DNA of 64,000 nucleotides. Source: Eledone cirrhosa (taxonomy: Eukaryota). Shown here piece by piece: positions 40,000 to 51,600 of this stretch (its first letter is position 1; each line of letters starts with the position of its first letter). The notes beneath the pieces are model-generated. The model did no database searches. It had not been told where the DNA came from and saw only the letters and a list, made by a program, of their open reading frames with translations. The position numbers and the translations under genes are program-made. The stretch is from the NCBI GenBank assembly GCA_964016885.1, contig OZ024743.1:270010001-270074000 (forward strand), read 5' to 3'.

Positions 40000-42900
40000 A
40001 GTGGTGTTGGCGGTAGTGTTTGGGGTGGTGTTGATGTTAGTGGTGTTGGTAGTAGTGTTTGGGGTGGTGTTGATGTTAGTGGTATTGGGGTAGTGTTTGG
40101 AGTGGTGTTGATGTTAGTGGGGTTGGGGGTAGTGTTTGAGGTGGTGTTGATGTTAGTGGTGTTGGTAGTAGTGTTGATGTTAGTGGTGTTGATGTTAGTG
40201 GTGTTGGTAGTAGTGTTTGAGGTGGTGTTGACGTTAGTGGTGTTGGTAGTAGTGTTTGAGGAGGTGTTGATGTTAGTGGTGTTGGTAGTAGTGTTTGAGG
40301 TGGTGTTGATGTTAGTGGTGTTGGTAGTAGTGTTTGCGGTGGTGTTGGTGTGAGAGGTGTTGGTAGTAGTGTTTGAGGTGGTGTTGATGTTAGTGGTGTT
40401 GGTAGTAGTGTTTGAGGTGGTGTTGGTGTTAGAGGTGTTGGTAGTAGTGTTTGAGGTGGTGTGCTGTTAGTGGTGTTGGCGGTAGTGTTTGAGGTGGTGG
40501 TGGTGTTAGTGGTGTTGGTAGTAGTGTTTGAGGTGGTGTTGATGTTAGTGGTGTTGGTAGTAGTGTTTGAGGTGGTGTTGATGTTAGTGGTATTGGTAGT
40601 AGTGTTTGAGGAGGTGTTGATGTTAGTGGTGTTGGTATTAGTGTTTGAGGTGGTGTTGATGTTAGTGGTGTTGGTAGTAGTGTTTGAGGTGGTGTTGACG
40701 TTAGTGGTGTTGGTAGTAGTGTTTGAGGTGGTGTTGATGTTAGTGGTGTTGGTAGTAGTGTTTGAGGAGGTGTTGATTTTAGTGGTGCTGGTAGTAGTGT
40801 GTGAGGTGGTGTTGATGTTAGTGGTGTTGGTAGTAGTGTTTGAGGTGGTGTTGATGTTAGCGGTGTTGGTAGTAGTGTTTGACGTGGTGTTGATGTTAGT
40901 GGTATTGAGGTAGTGTTTGGAGTGGTGTTGATGTTAATGGTGTTGGTAGTAGTGTTTGAGGTGGTGTTGATGTTAGTGGTGTTGGTAGTAGTGTTTGAGG
41001 TGGTGTTGATGTTAGTGGTGTTGGTAGTAGTGTTTGAGGTGGTGTTGATGTTAGTGGTGTTGGTAGTAGTGTTTGAGGTGGTGTTGATGTTAGTGGTGTT
41101 GGTAGTAGTGTTTGAGGAGGTGTTGATGTTAGTGGTGTTGGTAGTAGTGTTTGAGGTGGTGTTGATGTTAGTGGAGTTGGGGGTAGTGTTTGAGGTGGTG
41201 TTGATGTTAGTGGTGTTGGTAGTAGTGTTTGAGGTGGTGTTGATGTTAGTGGTGTTGGTAGTAGTGTTTGAGGTGGTGTTGACGTTAGTGGTGTTGGTAG
41301 TAGTGTTTGAGGTGGTGTTGATGTTAGTGGTGTTGGTAGTAGTGTTTGAGGAGGTGTTGATGTTAGTGGTGTTGGTAGTAGTGTTTGAGGTGGTGTTGAT
41401 GTTAGTGGTGTTGGTAGTAGTGTTTGAGGTGGTGTTGATGTTAGTGGTGTTGCTAGTAGTGTTTGAGGTGGTGTTGATGTTAGTGGTGTTGGTAGTAGTG
41501 TTTGAGGTGGTGTTGATGTTAGTGGTGTTGGTAGTAGTGTTTGGGGTGGTGTTGATGTTAGTGGTGTTGGTAGTAGTGTTTGAGGTGGTTTTGATGTTAG
41601 TGGTGTTGGCGGTAGTGTTTGGGGTGGTGTTGATGATAGTGGTGTTGGTAGTAGTGTTTGAGGTGGTGTTGATGTTAGTGGTGTTGCTAGTAGTGTTTGA
41701 GGTGGTGTTGATGTTAGTGGTGTTGGTAGTAGTGTTTGAGGTGGTGTTGTTGTTAGTGGTGTTGGTAGTAGTGTTTGCGGTGGTGTTGATGTTAGCGGTG
41801 TTGGTAGTAGTGTTTGAGGTGCTGTTGATGTTAGCGGTGTTGGTAGTAGTGTTTGATGTGGTGTTGATGTTAGTGGTATTGGGGTAGTGTTTGGAGTGGT
41901 GTTGATGTTAATGGTGTTGGTAGTAGTGTTTGAGGTGGTGTTGATGTTAGTGGTGTTGGTAGTAGTGTTTGAGGAGGTGTTGATGTTAGTGGTGTTGGTA
42001 GTAGTGTTTGAGGTGGTGTTGATGTTAGTGGTGTTGGTAGTAGTGTTTGAGGTGGTGTTGATGTTAGTGGTGTTGGTAGTAGTGTTTGAGGTGGTGTTGA
42101 CATTATTGGTGTTGGTAGTAGTGCTTGAGTTGGTGTTGATGTTAGTGGTGTTGGTAGTAGTTTTTGGGGTGGTGTTGATGTTAGTGGTGTTGGCAGTAGT
42201 GTTTGGGGTGGTGTTGATGTTAGTGGTGTTGGTAGTAGTATTTGAGGTGGTGTTGATGTTAGTGGTGTTGGTAGTAGTGTTTGAGGTGGTGTTGACGTTA
42301 GTGGTGTTGGTAGTAGTGTTTGAGGTGGTGTTGATGTTAGTGGTGTTGGTAGTAGTGTTTGACGTGGTGTTGATGTTAGTGGTGTTGGTAGTAGTGTTTG
42401 AGGTGGTATTGATGTTAGTGGTATTGGTAGTAGTGTTTGAGGTGGTGTTGATGTTAGTGGTGTTGGTAGTAGTATTTGAGGTGGTGTTGATGTTAGTGGT
42501 GTTGGCGGTAGTGTTTGGGGTGGTGTTGATGTTAGTGGTGTTGGTAGTAGTGTTTGGGGTGGTGTTGATGTTAGTGGTATCGGGGTAGTGTTTGGAGTGG
42601 TGTTGATGTTAGTGGGGTTGGGGGTAGTGTTTGAGGTGGTGTTGATGTTAGTGGTGTTGGTAGTAGTGTTGATGTTAGTGGTGTTGATGTTAGTGGTGTT
42701 GCTAGTAGTGTTTGAGGTGGTGTTGGTAGTAGTGTTTGAGGAGGTGTTGATGTTAGTGGTGTTGGTAGTAGTGTTTGAGGTGGTGTTGACGTTAGTGGTG
42801 TTGGTAGTAGTGTTTGAGGTGGTGTTGATGTTAGTGGTGTTGGTAGTAGTGTTTGAGGTGGTGTTGACGTTAGTGGTGTTGGTAGTAGTGTTTGAGGTGG

Positions 42901-45900
42901 TGTTGATGTTAGTGGTGTTGGTAGTAGTGTTTGAGGTGGTGTTGATGTTAGCAGTGTTGGTAGTAGTGTTTGAGGAGGTGTTGATGTTAGTGGTGTTGGT
43001 AGTAGTGTTTGAGGTGGTGTTGATGTTAGTGGTGTCGGTAGTAGTGTTTGAGGTGGTGTTGATGTTAGTGGTGTTGGTGGTAGTGTTTGGGGTGGTGTTG
43101 ATGTTAGTGGTGTTGGTAGTAGTGTTTGAGGTGGTGTTGATGTTAGTGGTGTTGCTAGTAGTGTTTGAGGTGGTGTTGATGTTAGTGGTGTTGGTAGTAG
43201 TGTTTGAGGTGGTGTTGTTGTTAGTGGTGTTGGTAGTAGTGTTTGAGGTGGTGTTGATGTTAGTGGTATTGGTAGTAGTGTTTGAGGTGGTGTTGATGTT
43301 AGTGGTGTTGGTAGTAGTGTTTGCGGTGGTGTTGGTGTGAGAGGTGTTGGTAGTAGTGTTTGAGGTGGTGTTGATGTTAGTGGTGTTGGTAGTAGTGTTT
43401 GAGGTGGTGTTGGTGTTAGAGGTGTTGGTAGTAGTGTTTGAGGTGGTGTTGCCGTCAGTGGTGTTGGCGGTAGTGTTTGAGGTGGTGGTGGTGTTAGTGG
43501 TGTTGGTAGTAGTGTTTGAGGTGGTGTTGATGTTAGTGGTGTTGGTAGTAGTGTTTGAGGTGGTGTTGATGTTAGTGGTATTGGTAGTAGTGTTTGAGGA
43601 GGTGTTGATGTTAGTGGTGTTGGTAGTAGTGTTTGAGGTGGTGTTGATGTTAGTGGTGTTGGTAGTAGTGTTTGAGGTGGTGTTGACGTTAGTGGTGTTG
43701 GTAGTAGTGTTTGAGGTGGTGTTGATGTTAGTGGTGTTGGTAGTAGTGTTTGAGGAGGTGTTGATTTTAGTGGTGCTGGTAGTAGTGTGTGAGGTGGTGT
43801 TGATGTTAGTGGTGTTGGTAGTAGTGTTTGAGGTGGTGTTGATGTTAGCGGTGTTGGTAGTAGTGTTTGACGTGGTGTTGATGTTAGTGGTATTGAGGTA
43901 GTGTTTGGAGTGGTGTTGATGTTAATGGTGTTGGTAGTAGTGTTTGAGGTGGTGTTGATGTTAGTGGTGTTGGTAGTAGTGTTTGAGGTGGTGTTGATGT
44001 TAGTGGTGTTGGTAGTAGTGTTTGAGGTGGTGTTGATGTTAGTGGTGTTGGTAGTAGTGTTTGAGGTGGTGTTGATGTTAGTGGTGTTGGTAGTAGTGTT
44101 TGAGGTGGTGTTGATGTTAGTGGTGTTGGTAGTAGTGTTTGAGGAGGTGTTGATGTTAGTGGTGTTGGTAGTAGTGTTTGAGGTGGTGTTGATGTTAGTG
44201 GAGTTGGGGGTAGTGTTTGAGGTGGTGTTGATGTTAGTGGTGTTGGTAGTAGTGTTTGAGGTGGTGTTGATGTTAGTGGTGTTGGTAGTAGTGTTTGAGG
44301 TGGTGTTGACGTTAGTGGTGTTGGTAGTAGTGTTTGAGGTGGTGTTGATGTTAGTGGTGTTGGTAGTAGTGTTTGAGGAGGTGTTGATGTTAGTGGTGTT
44401 GGTAGTAGTGTTTGAGGTGGTGTTGATGTTAGTGGTGTTGGTAGTAGTGTTTGAGGTGGTGTTGACGTTAGTGGTGTTGGTAGTAGTGTTTGAGGTGGTG
44501 TTGATGTTAGTGGTGTTGGTAGTAGTGTTTGAGGTGGTGTTGATGTTAGTGGAGTTGGGGGTAGTGTTTGAGGTGGTGTTGATGTTAGTGGTGTTGGTAG
44601 TAGTGTTTGAGGTGGTGTGGTTGTTAGTGTTGTTGGTAGTAGTGTTTGAGGTGGTGTTGATGTTAGCGGTGTTGGTAGTAGTGTTTGAGGTTGTGTTGAT
44701 GTTAGCGGTGTTGGTAGTAGTGTTTGAGGTGGTGTTGATGTTAGTGGTGTTGGTAGTAGTGTTTGAGGTGGTGTTGAGATTAGCGGTGTTGGTAGTAGTG
44801 CTTGAGGTGGTGTTGATGTTAGCGGTGTTGGTAGTAGTGTTTGAGGTGGTGTTGATGTTAGTGGTGTTGGTAGTAGTGTTTGAGGTGGTGTTGAGATTAG
44901 CGGTGTTGGTAGTAGTGCTTGAGGTGGTGTTGATGTAAGTGGTGTTGGTAGTAGTGTTTGAGGTGGTGTTGATATTAGCTGTGTTGGTAGTAGTGTTTGA
45001 GGTGGTGTTGATGTTAGCGGTGTTGGTAGTAGTGTTTGAGGTGGTGTTGATGTTAGTGGTGTTGGTAGTAGTGTTTGAGGAGGTGTTGATGTTAGCGGTG
45101 TTGGTAGTAGTGTTTGAGGTGGTGTTGATGTTAGTGGTGTTGGTAGTAGTGTTTGAGGAGGTGTTGATGTTAGTGGTGTTGGTAGTAGTGTTTGAGGTGG
45201 TGTTGATGTTAGTGGTGTTGGTGGTAGTGTTTGAGGTGGTGTTGATGTTAGTGGTGTTGGTAGTAGTGTTTGAGGTGGTGTTGATGTTAGCGGTGTTGGT
45301 AGTAGTGTTTGAGGTGGTGTTGATGTTAGTGGTGTTGGCGGTAGTGTTTGAGGTGGTGGTGGTGTTAGTGGTGTTGGTAGTAGTGTTTGAGGTGGTGTTG
45401 ATGTTAGTGGTGTTGGTAGTAGTGTTTGAGGTGGTGTTGATGTTAGCGGTGTTGGTAGTAGTGTTTGAGGTGGTGTTGATGTTAGTGGTGTTGGCGGTAG
45501 TGTTTGAGGTGGTGGTGGTGTTAGTGGTGTTGGTAGTAGTGTTTGAGGTGGTGTTGATGTTAGTGGTGTTGGTAGTAGTGTTTGAGGTGGTGTTGATGTT
45601 AGTGGTGTTGGTAGTAGTTTTTGAGGTGGTGTTGATGTTAGTGGTGTTGGTAGTAGTGTTTGAGGTGGTGTTGATGTTAGTGGAGTTGGTAGTAGTGTTT
45701 GAGGACGTGTTGATTTTAGTGGTGCTGGTAGTAGTGTTTGAGGTGGTGTTGATGTTAGTGTTGTTGGTAGTAGTGTTTGAGGTGGTGTTGTTGTTAGTGG
45801 TGTTGGTAGTAGTGTTTGAGGTGGTGTTGATGTTAGTGGTATTGGTAGTAGTGTTTGAGGTGGTGTTGATGTTAGTGGTGTTGGTAGTAGTGTTTGCGGT

Positions 45901-48300
45901 GGTGTTGGTGTGAGAGGTGTTGGTAGTAGTGTTTGAGGTGGTGTTGATGTTAGTGGTGTTGGTAGTAGTGTTTGAGGTGGTGTTGATGTTAGTGGTGTTG
46001 GTAGTAGTGTTTGAGGAGGTGTTGATGTTAGTGGTGTTGGTAGTAGTGTTTGAGGTGGTTTTGATGTTACTGGTGTTGGTAGTAGTGTTTGAGGTGGTGT
46101 TGACGTTAGTGGTGTTGGTAGTAGTGTTTGAGGTGGTGTTGATGTTAGTGGTGTTGGTAGTAGTGTTTGAGGTGGTGTTGATGTTAGTGGAGTTGGGGGT
46201 AGTGTTTGAGGTGGTGTTGATGTTAGTGGTGTTGGTAGTAGTGTTTGAGGTGGTGTTGATGTTAGTGGTGTTGGTAGTAGTGTTTGAGGCTGTGTTGATG
46301 TTAGCGGTGTTGGTAGTAGTGTTTGAGGTGGTGTTGATGTTAGCGGTGTTGGTAGTAGTGTTTGAGGTGGTGTTGATGTTAGTGGTGTTGGTAGTAGTGT
46401 TTGAGGTGGTGTTGATATTAGCGGTGTTGGTAGTAGTGCTTGAGGTGGTGTTGATATAAGTGGTGTTGGTAGTAGTGTTTCAGGTGGTGTTGATGTTAGT
46501 GGTGTTGGTAGTAGTGTTTGAGGTAGTGTTGACGTTAGTGGTGTTGGTAGTAGTGTTTGAGGTGGTGTTGATGTTAGTGGTGTTGGTAGTAGTGTTTGAG
46601 GTGGTGTTGATGTTAGTGGTGTTGATAGTAGTGTTTGAGGTGGTGTTGATGTTAGCGGTGTTGGTAGTAGCGTTTGACGTGGTGTTGATGTTAGTGGTAT
46701 TGAGGTAGTGTTTGGAGTGGTGTTGATGTTAATGGTGTTGGTAGTAGTGTTTGAGGTGGTGTTGATGTTAGTGGTGTTGGTAGTAGTGTTTGAGGTGGTG
46801 TTGATGTTAGTGGTGTTGGTAGTAGTGTTTGAGGTGGTGTTGATGTTAGTGGTGTTGGTAGTAGCGTTTGAGGTGGTGTTGATGTTAGTGGTGTTGGTAG
46901 TAGTGTTTGAGGTGGTGTTGATGTTAGTGGTGTTGGTAGTAGTGTTTGAGGAGGTGTTGATGTTAGTGGTGTTGGTAGTAGTGTTTGAGGTGGTGTTGAT
47001 GTTAGTGGAGTTGGGGGTAGTGTTTGAGGTGGTGTTGATGTTAGTGGTGTTGGTAGTAGTGTTTGAGGTGGTGTTGATGTTAGTGGTGTTGGTAGTAGTG
47101 TTTGAGGTGGTGTTGACGTTAGTGGTGTTGGTAGTAGTGTTTGAGGTGGTGTTGATGTTAGTGGTGTTGGTAGTAGTGTTTGAGGAGGTGTTGATGTTAG
47201 TGGTGTTGGTAGTAGTGTTTGAGGTGGTGTTGATGTTAGTGGTGTTGGTAGTAGTGTTTGAGGTGGTGTTGACGTTAGTGGTGTTGGTAGTAGTGTTTGA
47301 GGTGGTGTTGATGTTAGTGGTGTTGGTAGTAGTGTTTGAGGTGGTGTTGATGTTAGTGGAGTTGGGGGTAGTGTTTGAGGTGGTGTTGATGTTAGTGGTG
47401 TTGGTAGTAGTGTTTGACGTGGTGTGGTTGTTAGTGTTGTTGGTAGTAGTGTTTGAGGTGGTGTTGATGTTAGCGGTGTTGGTAGTAGTGTTTGAGGTTG
47501 TGTTGATGTTAGCGGTGTTGGTAGTAGTGTTTGAGGTGGTGTTGATGTTAGCGGTGTTGGTAGTAGTGTTTGAGGTGGTGTTGATGTTAGTGGTGTTGGT
47601 AGTAGTGTTTGAGGTGGTGTTGATATTAGCGGTGTTGGTAGTAGTGCTTGAGGTGGTGTTGATGTAAGTGGTGTTGGTAGTAGTGTTTGAGGTGGTGTTG
47701 ATATTAGCTGTGTTGGTAGTAGTGTTTGAGGTGGTGTTGATGTTAGCGGTGTTGGTAGTAGTGTTTGAGGTGGTGTTGATGTTAGTGGTGTTGGTAGTAG
47801 TGTTTGAGGAGGTGTTGATGTTAGCGGTGTTGGTAGTAGTGTTTGAGGTGGTGTTGATGTTAGTGGTGTTGGTAGTAGTGTTTGAGGAGGTGTTGATGTT
47901 AGTGGTGTTGGTAGTAGTGTTTGAGGTGGTGTTGATGTTAGTGGTGTTGGTGGTAGTGTTTGAGGTGGTGTTGATGTTAGTGGTGTTGGTAGTAGTGTTT
48001 GAGGTGGTGTTGATGTTAGCGGTGTTGGTAGTAGTGTTTGAGGTGGTGTTGATGTTAGTGGTGTTGGCGGTAGTGTTTGAGGTGGTGGTGGTGTTAGTGG
48101 TGTTGGTAGTAGTGTTTGAGGTGGTGTTGATGTTAGTGGTGTTGGTAGTAGTGTTTGAGGTGGTGTTGATGTTAGTGGTGTTGGTAGTAGTGTTTGAGGA
48201 GGTGTTGATGTTAGTGGTGTTGGTAGTAGTGTTTGAGGTGGTGTTGATGTTAGTGGTGTTGGTAGTAGTGTTTGAGGTGGTGTTGACGTTAGTGGTGTTG
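40000..48300. repeat. Imperfect duplications of about 2.7-3.0 kb
   Basis: The gtattgaggtag variant occurs at 40913, 43901 and 46708 (offsets 2988 and 2807). gtgtgtgagg occurs at about 40798/43786, gtgtggttgttagtgttg at about 44616/47423, and the 27+15-bp deletion pair at about 40165/42660. Confidence 0.82.
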
Positions 48301-48679
48301 GTAGTAGTGTTTGAGGAGGTGTTGATTTTAGTGGTGCTGGTAGTAGTGTTTGAGGAGGTGTTGATGTTAGTGGTGTTGGTAGTAGTGTTTGAGGAGGTGT
48401 TGATGTTAGTGGTGTTGGTAGTAGTGTTTGAGGTGGTGTTGATGTTAGTGGTGTTGGTAGTAGTGTTTGAGGTGGTGTTGATGTTAGTGGAGTTGGGGGT
48501 AGTGTTTGAGGTGGTGTTGATGTTAGTGGTGTTGGTAGTAGTGTTTGAGGTGGTGTTGATGTTAGTGGTGTTGGTAGTAGTGTTTGAGGTTGTGTTGATG
48601 TTAGCGGTGTTGGTAGTAGTGTTTGAGGTGGTGTTGATGTTAGCGGTGTTGGTAGTAGTGTTTGAGGTGGTGTTGATGT

Positions 48680-51600
48680 TCGTGGTGTTGGTAGTAGTGT
48701 TTGACGTGGTGTTGATGTTAGTGGTGTTGGTAGTAGTGTTTGAGGTGGTGTTGATATTAGCGGTGTTGGTAGTAGTGCTTGAGGTGGTGTTGATGTAAGT
48801 GGTGTTGGTAGTAGTGTTTCAGGTGGTGTTGATATTAGCTGTGTTGGTAGTAGTGTTTGAGGTGGTGTTGATGTTAGCGGTGTTGGTAGTAGTGTTTGAG
48901 GTGGTGTTGATGTTAGTGGTGTTGGTAGTAGTGTTTGAGGAGGTGTTGATGTTAGCGGTGTTGGTAGTAGTGTTTGAGGTGGTGTTGATGTTAGTGGTGT
49001 TGGTAGTAGTGTTTGAGGTGGTGTTGATGTGAGCGGTGTTGGTAGTAGTGTTTGAGGTGGTGTTGGTAGTAGTGTTTGAGGAGGTGTTGATGTTAGTGGT
49101 GTTGGTAGTAGTGTTTGAGGTGGTGTTGATGTTAGTGGTTTTGGTGGTAGTGTTTGAGGTGGTGTTGATGTTAGTGGTGTTGGTAGTAGTGTTTGAGGTG
49201 GTGTTGATGTTAGTGGTGTTGGTAGTAGTGTTTGAGGTGGTGTTGATGTTAGTGGTGTTGGTAGTAGTGTTTGAGGTGGTGTTGGTGGTAGTGTTTGAGG
49301 TGGTGATGATGTTAGCGGTGTTGGTAGTAGTGTTTGAGGTGGTGTTGGTGTTTGTGGTGTTGGGGGTAGTGTTTGAGATGGTGTTGATGTAAGTGGTGTT
49401 GGTAGTAGTGTTTGAGGTGGTGTTGATGTTAGTGGTGTTGGCAGTAGTGTTTGGGGTGGTGTTGATGTTAGTGGTGTTGGTAGTAGTGTTTGAGGTGGTT
49501 TTGATGCTAGTGGTGTTGGCGGTAGTGTTTGGGGTGGTGTTGATGTTAGTGGTGTTGGTAGTAGTGTTTGAGGTGGTGTTGATGTTAGTTGCGTTGCTAG
49601 TAGTGTTTGAGGTGGTGTTGATGTTAGTGCTGTTGGTAGTAGTGTTTGAGGTGGTGTTGTTGTTAGTGGTGTTGGTAGTAGTGTTTGAGGTGGTGTTGAT
49701 GTTAGTGGTATTGGTAGTAGTGTTTGAGGTGGTGTTGATGTTAGTGGTGTTGGTAGTAGTGTTTGCGGTGGTGTTGGTGTGAGAGGTGTTGGTAGTAGTG
49801 TTTGAGGTGGTGTTGATGTTAGTGGTTTTGGGGTAGTGTTTGGAGTGGTGTTGATGTTAGTGGTTTTGGGGTAGTGTTTGGAGTGGTGTTGATGTTAGTG
49901 GGGTTGGGGGTAGTGTTTGAGGTGGTGTTGATGTTAGCGGTGTTGGTAGTAGTGTTTGAAATGGTGTTGATGTTAGTGGTGTTGGTAGTAGTGTTTGAGG
50001 TTGTGTTGATGTTAGTGGTGTTGGTAGTAGTGTTTGAGGTGGTGTTGATGTTAGTGGTATTGGTAGTAGTGTTTGAGGTGGTGTTGATGTTAGTGGTGTT
50101 GGTAGTAGTGTTTGCGGTGGTGTTGGTGTGAGAGGTGTTGGTAGTAGTGTTTGAGGTGGTGTTGATGTTAGTGGAGTTGGTAGTAGTGTTTGAGGTGGTG
50201 TTGATGTTAGTGGTGTTGGTAGTAGTGTTTGAGGTGGTGTTGATGTTAGTGGTGTTGGTAGTAGTGTTTGAGGTGGTGTTGATGTTAGTGGTGTTGGTAG
50301 TAGTGTTTGAGGTGGTGTTGATGTTAGTGGTGTTGGCGGTAGTGTTTGGGGTGGTGTTTATGTTAGTGGTATTGGGGTAGTGTTTGAGGTGGTGTTGATG
50401 TTAGTGGTGTTGGTAGTAGCATTTGAGGTGGTGTTGATGTTAGTGGTGTTGGTAGTAGTTTTTGAGGTGGTGTTGAGGTTAGTGGTGTTGGCGGTAGTGT
50501 TTGGGGTGGTGTTGATGTTAGTGGTTTTGGGGTAGTGTTTGGAGTGGTGTTGATGTTAGTGGGGTTGGCGGTAGTGTTTGAGGTGGTGTTGATGTTAGCG
50601 GTGTTGGTAGTAGTGTTTGAAATGGTGTTGATGTTAGTGGTGTTGGTAGTAGTGTTTGAGGTTGTGTTGATGTTAGTGGTGTTGGTAGTAGTGTTTGAGG
50701 TGGTGTTGATGTTAGTGGTGTTGGTAGTAGTGTTTGAGGTGGTGTTGATGTTAGCGGTGTTGGTAGTAGTGTTTGAGGTGGTGTTGATGTTAATGGTGTT
50801 GGTAGTAGTGTTTGAGGAGGTGTTGATTTTAGTGGTGTTGGTAGTAGTGTTTGAGGTGGTGTTGATGTTAGTGGTGTTGGTAGTAGTGTTTGAGGTGGTG
50901 TTGATGTTAGCGGTGTTGGTAGTAGTGTTTGACGTGGTGTTGATGTTAGTGGTATGGGGTAGTGTTTGGAGTGGTGTTGATGTTAATGGTGTTGGTAGTA
51001 GTGTTTGAGGTGGTGTTGATGTTAGTGGTGTTGGTAGTAGTGTTTGAGGAGGTGTTGATGTTAGTGGTGTTGGTAGTAGTGTTTGAGGTGGTGTTGATGT
51101 TAGTGGTGTTGGTAGTAGTGTTTGAGGTGGTGTTGACGTTAGTGGTGTTGGTAGTAGTGTTTGAGGTGGTGTTGATGTTAGCGGTGTTGGTAGTAGTGTT
51201 TGAGGTGGTATTGATGTTAGCGGTGTTGGTAGTAGTGTTTGAGGTGGTGTTGCTGTTAGTGGTGTTGGTAGTAGTGTTTGAGGTTGTGTTAATGTTAGTG
51301 GTGTTGGTAGTAGTGTTTGATGTGGTGTTGATGTTAGTGGTGTTGGTAGTAGTGTTTGAGGTGGTGTTGATGTTAGTGGTGTTGGTAGTAGTGTTTGAGG
51401 TGGTGTTGATGTTAGTGGTGTTGGTAGTAGTGTTTGAGGTGGTGTTGATGTTAGTGGTGTTGGCAGTAGTGTTTGAGGTGGTGTTGATGTGAGCGGTGTT
51501 GGTAGTATTGTTTGAGGTGGTGTTGATGTTAGTGGTGTTGGTAGTAGTGTTTGAGGAGGTGTTGATGTTAGTGGTGTTGGGGGTAGTGTTTGAGGTGGTG

